A stretch of 64,000 nucleotides of DNA from Eledone cirrhosa (GCA_964016885.1 OZ024748.1:21948001-22012000), one strand, 5' to 3'; numbered from the stretch's first letter, positions 12,601-26,680 are shown. The notes: generated from the sequence alone by a model not told the origin. Numbers and translations: made by a program.

Positions 12601-13885
12601 AATGTTTCCACTGGTCTTTCCATTGCTGATACTATCTGACGGTCACAACTCTTGGCAGAAGAAAGGAGCTGAACATCAGATCAGACCAAATAAACAATGT
12701 TTCCACTGGTCTTTCCATTGCTGATACTATCTGACGGTCACAACTCTTGGCAGAAGAAAGGAGCTGAACATCAGATCAGAGCAAATAAACAATGTTTCCA
12801 CTGGTCTTTCCATTGCTGATACTATCTGACGGTCACAACTCTTTGCAGAAGAAAGGAGCTGAACATCAGATCAGAGCAAATAAACAATGTTTCCACTGGT
12901 CTTTCCATTGCTGATACTATCTGACGGTCACAACTCTTGGCAGAAGAAAGGAGCTGAACATCAGATCAGAGCAAATAAACAATGTTTCCACTGGTCTTTC
13001 CATTGCTGATACTATCTGACGGTCACAACTCTTGGCAGAAGAAAGGAGCTGAACATCAGATCAGACCAAATAAACAATGTTTCCACTGGTCTTTCCATTG
13101 CTGATACTATCTGACGGTCACAACTCTTGGCAGAAGAAAGGAGCTGAACATCAGATCAGACCAAATAAACAATGTTTCCACTGGTCTTTCCATTGCTGAT
13201 ACTATCTGACGGTCACAACTCTTGGCAGAAGAAAGGAGCTGAACATCAGATCAGAGCAAATAAACAATGTTTCCACTGGTCTTTCCATTGCTGATACTAT
13301 CTGACGGTCACAACTCTTGGCAGAAGAAAGGAGCTGAACATCAGATCAGAGCAAATAAACAATGTTTCCACTGGTCTTTCCATTGCTGATACTATCTGAC
13401 GGTCACAACTCTTGGCAGAAGAAAGGAGCTGAACATCAGATCAGACCAAATAAACAATGTTTCCACTGGTCTTTCCATTGCTGATACTATCTGACGGTCA
13501 CAACTCTTTGCAGAAGAAAGGAGCTGAACATCAGATCAGACCAAATAAACAATGTTTCCACTGGTCTTTCCATTGCTGATACTATCTGACGGTCACAACT
13601 CTTTGCAGAAGAAAGGAGCTGATTATCAGCTCAGACCAAAGAAACAATGTTTCCACTGGTCTTTCCATTGCTGATACTATCTGACGGTCACAACTCTTTG
13701 CAGAAGAAAGGAGCTGAACATCATCTCAGACCAAAGAAACAATGTTTCCACTGGTCTTTCCATTGCTGATACTATCTGACGGTCACAACTCTTTGCAGAA
13801 GAAAGGAGCTGAACATCAGATCAGAGCAAAGAAACAATGTTTCCATTGGTCTTTCCATTGCTGATACTATCTGACGGTCACAACT
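9651..13885 (+). repeat. 95-bp tandem satellite, about 44 highly homogeneous copies
   Basis: Unit TAAACAATGTTTCCACTGGTCTTTCCATTGCTGATACTATCTGACGGTCACAACTCTT(T/G)GCAGAAGAAAGGAGCTGAACATCAGATCAGA(C/G)CAAA; phase recurs every 190 bp. Confidence 0.97.
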
Positions 13886-14251
13886 GACAGAAGCGTCATC
13901 GCTTTTATCATGTCAGGTGGCAGGACCTGAACTCAGGGGGTACACAGCTAGAACAGATACCACAAAGCACCCCGCCAAACTCTTCAATAATTCCACTAAT
14001 CCATCGTTTTTGGACTAATACTTATTTATCGATCCCCAAGCGGGATTTGAACTCAGACCTCAGTGAGCTGAAACATATATCGAGGTATTTTTAGTTCAAT
14101 GATCTAACAGCTCTGTCAACTCACCTCCTTTATCTCAATCATTGAAGTTGCTGTAACTAGTCCAGCCAGTAGCTGGTGACACACAGACACACACACAGAC
14201 ACACACACAGACACACACACAGACACACAGACACACACACAGACACACACA

Positions 14252-14320
<69 letters not shown>

Positions 14321-14776
14321 CATTTGACAGTGTGTCCATCATGGTATTTTAATAAGTCTTAGAAATAGTGGTGCCTTTCTTCTCTAAGTGTCCAGTCCTT
14401 TACTAAGTGTAGCTTGCCAGCTAAAACAGTTATCGTGTTGTGACTGAAAAATATCCTAGAGCCAAAGGTGAGAGTCAGCGTACTCCTCCTTCCCTAAAGA
14501 TGCTCCTGACAGACATCAAGGTATTCTCTCTACCCAAAATACCCCGGTTTTGAAGATCATATTCCTTTAAATTCCGAATAACGGTATATTCGGTATTGCA
14601 ATAACGTTTCTTCAAATCACTTCACACTCTTCTATTTTTAAAAGAACATTAGATAACGCTATGTCCAGTATTAAAGTAACATTTATGGAGAAGGCATGAA
14701 TCTACAGATACGCCATGTTGTTATCAGGGTTCGATTGGTTCAACGTATTTGTAGGTAATATAACATGTGAGATTAG

Positions 14777-14990
14777 AGGTTGGTGGATTGGATAGAATTA
14801 GTAGAGCGTTCAAAAAATTGTTGTTGTGGTATTTATACATTCCGAGTTCAAATCTCGCTAAAGTCAATTTTGCTTTTCATCCTTCTGGGATCAAAAAAAT
14901 AAAGTACCAGTTAAGTTCTGGGGGTTGATTTAGTCAACTTTGTGGTTCTCCACCGCCAAACTTGCTGGCCCTGTGCCTAAATAAGAAATC
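14777..14990 (+). mobile_element. Old, diverged family A SINE
   Basis: GAGTTCAAATC, TTTTCATCCTTCTGGGATC, AAAGTACCAG, GCTGGCCCTGTGCCTAAA. Confidence 0.7.
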
Positions 14991-15484
14991 AATGATATGA
15001 GTGTTGTGTACCCGATTATTATTAGACTTATTGAATACCTCATTAAATTTAAATCTACACAAAGGAACGAAATAACTGAGATAAATGTAATTGTGGTAAA
15101 CTTTGAATGTGAAAATTGAACAGCTCCTAAATATTTGACTTACAGAACGTGGGAAAACTCTAATTAGAAGCAAAACACCAAAATCAAGAATTGGGGAGCA
15201 TGTTTAGTGTTAAATAGAAATCATATGCCTTTATGGGATAAAGTTTCTATTACATTTAAGCAAACACCACGAGAACTACGGCATATAAGAGATTCAGTTT
15301 TTATAGTACTAGCAGTAAATCAAACGAGTAGGTTTAGTGTCGAGTTAAGCCTAATATGTTTACCGTTGCTGAACATATAAACAGTATTAATAACTCGTCC
15401 AAAAGATTTATATATATAATTTGAAAATGATATTGTAACGTCAACATCCGACTTGATGGCTTCTTTAATATAATCTGAATGTGG

Positions 15485-15790
15485 AATGGACCTCCGTCGA
15501 GTTCGACGATGAGCATTCCAGTTGTTCTATCAACTCATCTACTCATTGCATCTGTTCATGAGATTAACGTATAAGTAACTGAACATTCCACAGGAACGTG
15601 TACCCTTAACGTAATACTTATAAAGATTCAGCGTGGCACAGTGCGACACGTTCGGCCCTTTGCATTACAGGTACAGCTGAGTTAAATAAAGCAATGTGAA
15701 ATAAAATATCTTGTTTAAGGAAACAACGCGCCGCTGGGAATCGAACCCACGACCTGAGTTCAACACCATAACCATTAGGCCACGCGTCAT
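15485..15790 (-). mobile_element. Family B SINE
   Basis: GGAATCGAACCC B-box complement; body similar to the 7600 and 32150 copies. Confidence 0.7.
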
Positions 15791-16494
15791 CCGGGCTTCT
15801 TTAATACAATGGTATAATCAAGGCTATTATGAAACACCGCAATATGTACATCTCTATATGAAATATTACAAGGTCAAATTAGAAACTTCTGAAGATCAGA
15901 ATGTTATAAATTATTTATGAATTTCTAAAAATCAACAAGAAGAGACGGATCTCATATTATGAAATTCAAATTACTTCATAAAACATGTATAACCAATGCA
16001 ACTCATTGTAAACACTATAAACTCACTCGATAGATTAGAAAACACACTTCATTCGAAAATACCTACACATTAATGTTCTGACAGATGTCGTCTGCAAATA
16101 ATCTCTTTCATGTTTGTTATAAGATATAGCCATACATACTATCATATACAATCACTTTATTATGGGTGTATTTATTGTTTATAAAATGGAAAATGGGATA
16201 AAATGTGTACAATATACATGGCAATAAAAAACCCACAAAAGGAAAAGGAAAAAAAAAAACATTAGCAACGAAAGAAATTGGGAGGGTTTCCTAAAATATT
16301 TATTTACTATTTCTGCAATGTTCAAATCACATCGTAACCGATACCGCAGGTAGAGGGGTCACATTGTTTGTCAAGATGACTGTAACAAATATTCCTTTAG
16401 ATAAAACACACTACAGTACCAGTTATTTTGTTTTCGCTTTTCATTCCATACACTCTAAACAAAATGCCAAACTATCTGTCTTACCTATATATAT

Positions 16495-16971
16495 ATAATA
16501 GAATTAGAAGTTAGCTTCGAGCATAGCCGTATACAGATATGTATTGGAATTTCGTATTTCTAAAGAAATACGGTATGTTTATAAATAAACATTTAGAAAA
16601 CCGTAGCTATGCAAAAACACTGGCATCTATCGCCAGATGGTGGTGTCCAGCAGAAGCAAGGGGGACAATCGATGCATTTCGAACTGAACTGGTCCTCATC
16701 AGGACGATCCCTCTCGCTCTTGAAACTGATGGACTTTGAAAACAGGCGAGAATATATAGTTTTCTCGTCTGTGTAAATGAGGTGATTAATCTCATTTACA
16801 TATGAAGCTGTATAAGTTGGCTCAACTTATAATAGAATCGACGATTGGATTGTCCCCCTTGCTTCTGCTGGACACCGCCAGGTGGCGATAGTTGTCGGTG
16901 GTTTGCATAGCTACGACTTTCTAAATGTTTATTTATAAACATACCGTATTTCTTTAGAAATACGAAATTCC

Positions 16972-16972
<1 letters not shown>
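16495..16972. mobile_element. PLE pLTR-like fold-back insertion (arms about 16544-16670 and 16848-16972)
   Basis: About 125-bp inverted repeat between microsatellites, containing a hammerhead. Confidence 0.75.
16662..16711 (-). ncRNA. Type I minimal hammerhead ribozyme
   Basis: GGGAUCGUC-CUGAUGA-GGAC caguuca GUUC-GAAA-UGCA-UC/-GAUUGUCCC; canonical core, palindromic stem III. Confidence 0.85.
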
Positions 16973-17046
<74 letters not shown>

Positions 17047-17650
17047 TTATATATAATGTATATATGTATATAATGTATATAATGTATATTATGTCCGGTT
17101 TGAACGAATGTTCTATCCGGGTTTAACATGTACTTTGCAAATCAAAATAAGTGTATTGATGGATGAATTCAATTATTTAATTATTCATATATTTTCCATT
17201 GTTTTTGATAAACATTTTCCATCTGTTAACACGCTTATAGATACCAAGTTTATAAAATTCCTTAGATTTTGATGTGAAGTAGGGGACTAATTCATTTACG
17301 ACCCCCCCCCCCCACTTGATGTTACTCTAAATTCACCAAAATATCTTCATAAACTTCTAAACAAATGGTAATCAGCCGGAGCAAATTCAAAAGAATCTGG
17401 TAGGAGAAGTAATGCTTTTTAGCCGATTTCTTCTAGGAAGTCCTTGGTTATTCGTGCAAGATAAGGACAAGCATTATCATGATAGAGAATGACCCCTTTT
17501 TTTCGATAAGGATGCGTGTTTTATTGGCCATTGCTGTTTTTAAATGGTGAAGTTGTAAACTTCAGTTATGATTTTTTCATTATTGTTTCACAGTTCATAA
17601 CGAATTTGTGTATGTATATTCCGCCACGCACTTGGCAGGATCTTCTTTAG

Positions 17651-18345
17651 ATGCATGTCTCCCCATCTCAACTGCTAGGTATATCTCTCCCCTCCGAACT
17701 CCAGGCCAGGTCCTCCCTCATCTCAGCCAATGGACAGGTCTCTCCCCTCCGATCATCCCTATCTCAGCTACTGGGCATGCCTGCCTCCTCTCAAATCCTG
17801 GCTAAGTCTCCCCTATCTCAGCTACTGAGCATGTCTCCCCTATCCCAGCTACTGGGCAAGTCTGCCCCCTCTCATTTCCTGGGCAAGTCTTCCCCCTCTC
17901 ATTTCCTGGCTATGTCTCCCCTATCTCAACTACTGGGCATGTCTGCCCCCTCTCAACCCCTGGCTATGTCTCCCCTATCTCAGCTACTGGGCAAGTCTGC
18001 CACATCTCATTTCTTGGGCATGTCTCCCCTATCTCAGCTACTGGGCATGTCTCCCCTATCTCAACTACTGGGCATGTCTGCCCCCTCTCAACCCCTGGCT
18101 ATGTCTCCCCTATCTCAGCTACTGGGCAAGTCTGCCACATCTCATTTCTTGGGCATGTCTCCCCTATCTCAGCTACTGGGCATGTCTCCTCTATCCCAGC
18201 TACTGGGCAAGTCTGCCACATCTCATTTCTTGGGCATGTCTCCCCTATCCCAGCTACTGGGCAAGTCTGCCCCCTCTCAACCCCTGGCTATGTCTCCCCT
18301 ATCCCAGCTACTGGGCTGGTAATTCCCTCATAGCTGCTGGGCAGG
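17651..18345 (+). repeat. 27-bp minisatellite with variant units, about 25 copies
   Basis: ATGTCTCCCCTATCTCAGCTACTGGGC and variants; gives the MSPLSQLLG repeat ORF. Confidence 0.9.
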
Positions 18346-18756
18346 TCTATCACCATGACTAAGTCATTGATAACAACATTTAATATTGTCATAAAAGAAC
18401 CATTTTCCCAATCTCCAGTAACGACACTATCTAAAATAATATCTGGAGTTGTCGTGTATGCAAAGTCTTATAGAAATGGACAGGTTGTTTGTAATTTTCT
18501 ACAGATAAATCAATAACGTACGGTTCATTTTCCCAACTTAAAAAGCTTCCAATCCTTTTCAAGTGGCGTTGGTCAACCGTTGGCCACCCGTATGTCTAGC
18601 ACTGAATACCCTAATTGGAATGTCATGGTTGATTGTTGTATTCTCGTTCAATTCCTTCGCCCATTTAGACAGGTATTGATAGTCGTCCAGTCAGGTTGAC
18701 TATCTTCCCTTCACTCATCGCTTACACACACACGCTTACACACACACACACACACA

Positions 18757-18792
<36 letters not shown>

Positions 18793-18836
18793 CACGCGCA
18801 CACACATACACGCACGCACACACATACACGCACACG

Positions 18837-18867
<31 letters not shown>

Positions 18868-18900
18868 GCACACGCACGCACACACACACACGCACATACA

Positions 18901-18942
<42 letters not shown>

Positions 18943-18956
18943 CACAAATTCAATCA

Positions 18957-19069
<113 letters not shown>

Positions 19070-19992
19070 ACATATACAGATGTGTGTTTGGTGTTGTTTG
19101 TGCAAGATAAATGAATTAATAAAGCCACACTGGAACGGTTTTTCATGAAACAATTTATTTCACTCCCTTGTCACAATGCATTGCTTACATTACTAATATT
19201 TCGGCGTAAAACGCTCTGTATCAAAGCTTGTAATGTTTACAGAGGCTTTAGATTGTCTTCGGATTTCACCCAATCCTTTAAGATTGCGGTATTGCACTTT
19301 TTAACCTTCTTCGATCGGCAAAATTTCGTGAGAATAAACATCTTTAACTAGATTTAAAGATATATGTAAAAAATGGTGTTGTAGTGTTGATAGCATACGT
19401 CGTTCTTTTCTCATCGGAGAGAAAAGATCTCGTCTAAATCTACATTTATTACCCAGATGCTGACTGGTAGTATAGGTTTTGTTTTTTCAATTTTCTTTTC
19501 TTTCCACCTATCACCTTTTCATGGCACCCCTCCCGGCTAATCCTGTAATTTCAGAAAGCTACATCTAGGGCGTTTTACGTCAAAATAACAGCTAGAGAGA
19601 CAATTTATTAGGAAAACTAAGTGAAATAAAATTTGAAACAAAATCGTACTGTATAGCTTAATTTATCTTGTGTATGTTATGTTGTTATGTTATGTTATGT
19701 ATGTATGTTATATCTCTTTCTCTTAATTTCGAGTATATTTTTTTGACCGGCCACCTTCCTGGTGGCAAGGTTGTAAAAGAAAAGAAATTGTCATCCCTTG
19801 AATCGCAAGAATGTTTTGCAAATTTTGAAGGTGCCAGCTATCGCAGCCATTTGTAGACTATGAATTAGGGAGCTGCGCTTTTTGTCCGCAAATCCAAGTT
19901 CAGTCATACTTTGGTCCAAGCGGGTTGGTATATAACCCGTATGTATGTATGTATGTATGTATGTATGTATGTATGTGTGTGTGTGTGTGTGT

Positions 19993-20051
<59 letters not shown>

Positions 20052-20506
20052 TACGTACGTATGTATGTATGTTCTTCTGGTTTTATAATTTCACAAATTA
20101 ATGCCAATAGAGCGAGAGTCGGTTTCTAACATAGACACAAGACTCTCTCATTGGAATCTACACAACATCCACTAGGTAGATATGATTGTATGTCTGCATG
20201 CATGTGTGTGCAGGTATGGATGTTATTGTATGTGTGGATGTGTATGTTTTGAGTTGTATGGGTGCATGTGTATATGCTTTGTATCTGTACATGTGTACAT
20301 GGAGTTATGTATGTATGCATGCATGTTTGTATGTATGTATGTATGTATGTATGTATGTATGTATGTATGAATGTATGTACATGCTTGCGTATGTCTTTCT
20401 CTCTCCACCTTTCTCACCACACACACACACACACACATATATATCAACCACATAAAAATCGAAAATCGCACTATTCGAATCCTCAGTAAACAGGTATGTG
20501 TGTGCA

Positions 20507-20748
<242 letters not shown>

Positions 20749-20808
20749 GAAATCGAAAATGCAACTGGAGTCTTATTTAAAAAAAAATATATATATATTT
20801 ATTTGGTT

Positions 20809-20846
20809 CCTTTACCGGTTTCGCAGTTCTTCTGCTTTTCAAAAGT
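20809..20846 (-). ncRNA. Hammerhead with U3:A8 core variant
   Basis: CUU-UUGAAAA-GCAG aagaa CUGC-GAAA-CCGG-UA/-AAG; related copy at 51978-52014 (+). Confidence 0.6.
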
Positions 20847-20910
20847 AGAGTTGAGATGGAGGGTCAGGTTGTTTTTTGATATATGAGTGTTTGAATTTCT
20901 TTTTACTTAA

Positions 20911-20964
<54 letters not shown>

Positions 20965-20969
<5 letters not shown>

Positions 20970-21160
20970 TGAGATTCTACAGGACTAGAACTGTTTCATT
21001 CATTAGAAATCATCAGGAATCCCAGTGATTCCTGATGATTTCTAATGAATGAAACAGTTCTAGTCCTGTAGAATCTCATCTATATTAAAACTTTTATACT
21101 CTGCTATGTATTGAGTACCTTACTTACTGTGGTTACCTCCGATTCAACCCGGAATAACGT
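20965..21160 (+). mobile_element. PLE pLTR-like fragment with 5' inversion, embedded in (TA)n
   Basis: Perfect inverted arms of about 55 bp around 21024; 3' part matches 33328-33416 in reverse. Confidence 0.8.
21027..21075 (+). ncRNA. Type I hammerhead ribozyme (mirror copy at about 20972-21020, minus strand)
   Basis: GAUUC-CUGAUGA-U UUC uaau GAA U-GAAA-CAG uucuaguc CUG-UA/-GAAUC. Confidence 0.85.
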
Positions 21161-21233
21161 ATATATATATATATATAAACGGAAAAAATGAAACGATATT
21201 TCATTTCCCACTCTTAGTACGGCTGTTACTTAA

Positions 21234-21717
21234 ATATAAGTATGTACACGTACATACATATATGTATACCGACGTACAGTAGTATGTATATATATATATA
21301 CATACATGCACACATATATATATGCACGTATGGATTCACCGAACATTTATTATAATGCTCGGTGTGTTTGTAAACAAACATCCCGTATTAAGCCGTAGTG
21401 TCTAGCAACCACCGTTGCTCGTTTGTTCAACACTGACAAAGGAACGCTGTACTAGTTTCAAGCTTGTTAGCTATCGTCAGCAACGTATACCTTCCTGCCA
21501 GATTGTTGAACGTATATACTTACCTTATGCATATTGACGGCCGAGTAGCCCAATATGCATATCGAGTGGGTTAATCGGCCGGGTGCACCGAAAACGTTAT
21601 AATAAATGTTCGGTGAATCCATACGTGCATATATATATGTGTGCATGTATGTATATATATATATACATACTACTGTACGTCGGTATACATATATGTATGT
21701 ACGTGTACATACTTATA
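21234..21717. repeat. Inverted repeat of about 120 bp with a 240-bp spacer
   Basis: 21234-21356 is the reverse complement of about 21597-21717. Confidence 0.9.
21444..21486 (-). ncRNA. Type I minimal hammerhead ribozyme
   Basis: ACGUUG-CUGACGA-U AGCU aaca AGCU U-GAAA-CUAG-UA/-CAGCGU; canonical core, palindromic stem III. Confidence 0.85.
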
Positions 21718-21927
21718 TATATATATATATATATATATATTCTTTCCAGTGAATAAGAGAGAACCTTTGGAGTCTACAGAGACTGTAAATGGAGTGTAGT
21801 AGTTTTTTTTATTATCTTTTCCGTGTAACAGAATATAAACTTAGTCCTTCAGACCAAGAATAGCCATGTTTTGTTTACGGCTAGGTAGACTGGACCAGAG
21901 AGAGTTGCCTTTATGAAGTAAACAGAG

Positions 21928-24900
21928 TACCAGTAATATTTTGGTATATAGACCAATAATTAGACCACCAGTAATATTTTGGTATATAGACCAATCATTA
22001 GAACACCAGTAATATTTTGGTATATAGACCAATCATTAGAACACCAGTAATATTTTGGTATATAGACCAATCATTAGAACACCAGTAATATGCTGGTATA
22101 TAGACCAATCATTAGAACACCAGTAATATGCTGGTATATAGACCAATCATTAGAACACCAGTAATATGCTGGTATATAGACCAATCATTAGAACACCAGT
22201 AATATTTTGGTATATAGACCAATCATTAGACCACCACTAATATTTTGGTATATAGACCAATCATTAGACCACCAGTAATATTTTGGTATATAGACCAATC
22301 ATTAGACCACCAGTAATATTTTGGTATATAGACCAATCATTAGACCACCAGTAATATTTTGGTATATAGACCAATCATTAGACCACCAGTAATATTTTGG
22401 TATATAGACCAATCATTAGACCACCAGTAATATTTTGGTATATAGACCAATCATTAGACCACCAGTAATATTTTGGTATATAGACCAATCATTAGACCAC
22501 CAGTAATATTTTGGTATATAGACCAATCATTAGACCACCAGTAATATTTTGGTATATAGACCAATCATTAGACCACCAGTAATATTTTGGTATATAGACC
22601 AATCATTAGACCACCACTAATATTTTGGTATATAGACCAATCATTAGACCACCAGTAATATTTTGGTATATAGACCAATCATTAGACCACCAGTAATATT
22701 TTGGTATATAGACCAATCATTAGACCACCAGTAATATTTTGGTATATAGACCAATCATTAGACCACCAGTAATATTTTGGTATATAGACCAATCATTAGA
22801 CCACCACTAATATTTTGGTATATAGACCAATCATTAGAACACCAGTAATATGCTGGTATATAGACCAATCATTAGACCACCAGTAATATTTTGGTATATA
22901 GACCAATCATTAGAACACCAGTAATATGCTGGTATATAGACCAATCATTAGAACACCAGTAATATGCTGGTATATAGACCAATCATTAGAACACCAGTAA
23001 TATGCTGGTATATAGACCAATCATTAGAACACCAGTAATATGCTGGTATATAGACCAATCATTAGAACACCAGTAATATGCTGGTATATAGACCAATCAT
23101 TAGAACACCAGTAATATTTTGGTATATAGACCAATCATTAGAACACCAGTAATATGCTGGTATATAGACCAATCATTAGAACACCAGTAATATGCTGGTA
23201 TATAGACCAATCATTAGAACACCAGTAATATGCTGGTATATAGACCAATCATTAGAACACCAGTAATATGCTGGTATATAGACCAATCATTAGAACACCA
23301 GTAATATTTTGGTATATAGACCAATCATTAGAACACCAGTAATATGCTGGTATATAGACCAATCATTAGAACACCAGTAATATGCTGGTATATAGACCAA
23401 TCATTAGAACACCAGTAATATGCTGGTATATAGACCAATCATTAGAACACCAGTAATATGCTGGTATATAGACCAATCATTAGAACACCAGTAATATGCT
23501 GGTATATAGACCAATCATTAGAACACCAGTAATATGCTGGTATATAGACCAATCATTAGAACACCAGTAATATGCTGGTATATAGACCAATCATTAGAAC
23601 ACCAGTAATATGCTGGTATATAGACCAATCATTAGAACACCAGTAATATGCTGGTATATAGACCAATCATTAGAACACCAGTAATATGCTGGTATATAGA
23701 CCAATCATTAGAACACCAGTAATATGCTGGTATATAGACCAATCATTAGAACACCAGTAATATGCTGGTATATAGACCAATCATTAGAACACCAGTAATA
23801 TGCTGGTATATAGACCAATCATTAGAACACCAGTAATATGCTGGTATATAGACCAATCATTAGAACACCAGTAATATTTTGGTATATAGACCAATCATTA
23901 GACCACCACTAATATTTTGGTATATAGACCAATCATTAGACCACCAGTAATATTTTGGTATATAGACCAATCATTAGACCACCAGTAATATTTTGGTATA
24001 TAGACCAATCATTAGACCACCAGTAATATTTTGGTATATAGACCAATCATTAGACCACCAGTAATATTTTGGTATATAGACCAATCATTAGACCACCAGT
24101 AATATTTTGGTATATAGACCAATCATTAGACCACCAGTAATATTTTGGTATATAGACCAATCATTAGACCACCAGTAATATTTTGGTATATAGACCAATC
24201 ATTAGACCACCAGTAATATTTTGGTATATAGACCAATCATTAGACCACCAGTAATATTTTGGTATATAGACCAATCATTAGACCACCAGTAATATTTTGG
24301 TATATAGACCAATCATTAGACCACCAGTAATATTTTGGTATATAGACCAATCATTAGACCACCAGTAATATTTTGGTATATAGACCAATCATTAGACCAC
24401 CAGTAATATTTTGGTATATAGACCAATCATTAGACCACCAGTAATATTTTGGTATATAGACCAATCATTAGACCACCACTAATATTTTGGTATATAGACC
24501 AATCATTAGAACACCAGTAATATGCTGGTATATAGACCAATCATTAGACCACCAGTAATATTTTGGTATATAGACCAATCATTAGACCACCAGTAATATT
24601 TTGGTATATAGACCAATCATTAGAACACCACTAATATGCTGGTATATAGACCAATCATTAGACCACCACTAATATTTTGGTATATAGACCAATCATTAGA
24701 ACACCAGTAATATGCTGGTATATAGACCAATCATTAGACCACCACTAATATTTTGGTATATAGACCAATCATTAGAACACCACTAATATGCTGGTATATA
24801 GACCAATCATTAGAACACCAGTAATATTTTGGTATATAGACCAATCATTAGACCACCACTAATATTTTGGTATATAGACCAATCATTAGACCACCAGTAA

Positions 24901-25754
24901 TATTTTGGTATATAGACCAATCATTAGACCACCAGTAATATTTTGGTATATAGACCAATCATTAGACCACCAGTAATATTTTGGTATATAGACCAATCAT
25001 TAGAACACCAGTAATATGCTGGTATATAGACCAATCATTAGACCACCACTAATATTTTGGTATATAGACCAATCATTAGAACACCACTAATATGCTGGTA
25101 TATAGACCAATCATTAGAACACCACTAATATGCTGGTATATAGACCAATCATTAGAACACCACTAATATGCTGGTATATAGACCAATCATTAGAACACCA
25201 GTAATATGCTGGTATATAGACCAATCATTAGAGTACCACTAATATTTTGGTATATAGACCAATCATTAGAACACCAGTAATATGCTGGTATATAGACCAA
25301 TCATTAGAACACCAGTAATATGCTGGTATATAGACCAATCATTAGAACACCAGTAATATGCTGGTATATAGACCAATCATTAGAGTACCACTAATATTTT
25401 GGTATATAGACCAATCATTAGAACACCAGTAATATGCTGGTATATAGACCAATCATTAGAACACCAGTAATATGCTGGTATATAGACCAATCATTAGAAC
25501 ACCAGTAATATGCTGGTATATAGACCAATCATTAGAGTACCACTAATATTTTGGTATATAGACCAATCATTAGAACACCAGTAATATGCTGGTATATAGA
25601 CCAATCATTAGAACACCAGTAATATTTTGGTATATAGACCAATCATTAGAACACCAGTAATATTTTGGTATATAGACCAATCATTAGAACACCAGCAATA
25701 TGCTGGTATATAGACCAATCATTAGAACACCAGCAATATGCTGGTATATAGACC
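21928..25754 (+). repeat. 38-bp minisatellite, about 100 copies in variant blocks
   Basis: Unit ACCAGTAATAT(TT/GC)TGGTATATAGACCAATCATTAGA(C/A)C; phase recurs every 190 bp (5 units). Confidence 0.97.
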
Positions 25755-26026
25755 GACGATCTATCCACTTAGCTATCTGGAATACTGGCGGTTTACTAAT
25801 GCAACTTTCAGTTAGAATTCATTGTCAAATTTTCTATCTGCCAAGTGAAATATTTTTGATTATTACGTCACTTCCGTTTATTTTTTTCCCAGAACCTTTG
25901 AAATATTGAATATGGAAGAAACAACAACAACACAACAACAACAACAACAACAGCAACAACAGAAAAAAATGATCAAAAGTCAACTTGACATTTTACAATG
26001 TATGGAAGCTAGTTTCCTAAAACATA

Positions 26027-26680
26027 GTGTTGGTGTGGGGTGGGGTATATGGATGTTAGTGTGGGATGGGACAGGGGGTGGGGGAATTTGGGTGTTGGGG
26101 TGGGGGAATGTGGGTGTTGGTGTGGGGTGGGGGGAATGTGGGTGTTGGTGGAGGGTGGGGGAATGTGGGTGTTGTGGTGGGGTGGGACAGGGGGTGGGGG
26201 AATATGGGTGTTGGTGAGGGGTGGGGTATATGGGTGTTAGTAGGGGTGGGATAGGGGTTGGGGGAATGTGGGTGTTGGTGTGGGGTGGGACATGGGTGGG
26301 GGAATGTGGGTGTTGGTGTAGGGTGGGGGAGGGGGGGGGGGTGTGTGGGTTAGAACAAGGTAGTGGTGGGATATGGGTGTTGGTGTGGGGTGGGGATACT
26401 GCTGTGGAGTGGGCCAAGGTGGTGGGGAAATGTGGGTGTTGGGGTGGGGTGTGCGAGGATGGTGGGGGAACGTGGGTGGTGGGGTGGAGTGGGCCAGATG
26501 GTGGGGGAACGTGGGTGGTGGGGTGGAGTGTGCGAGGATGGTGGGGGAATGTGGGTGTTGGGTGGGGTGTGCGAGGATTGTGGGGGAACGTGGGTGGTGG
26601 AGTGGAGTGGGGGCCAGATGGTGGGGGAACGTGGGTGGTGGGGTGGAGTGTGCGAGGATGGTGGGGGAATGTGGGAGGTG
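26027..26680 (+). repeat. G-rich degenerate tandem repeat
   Basis: Recurrent GGGGAATGTGGGTGTTGGTGTGGGGT units. Confidence 0.85.

Noticed and set aside
9651-13885. Hammerhead or coding content in the 95-bp unit
   Set aside because: Only CTGACGG and CTGATGT occur, with no valid core or stems; the unit length is not divisible by 3.
21928-25754. CRISPR-like array because of the 38-bp period
   Set aside because: Units are contiguous with no unique spacers, there are no cas genes, and the context is eukaryotic.
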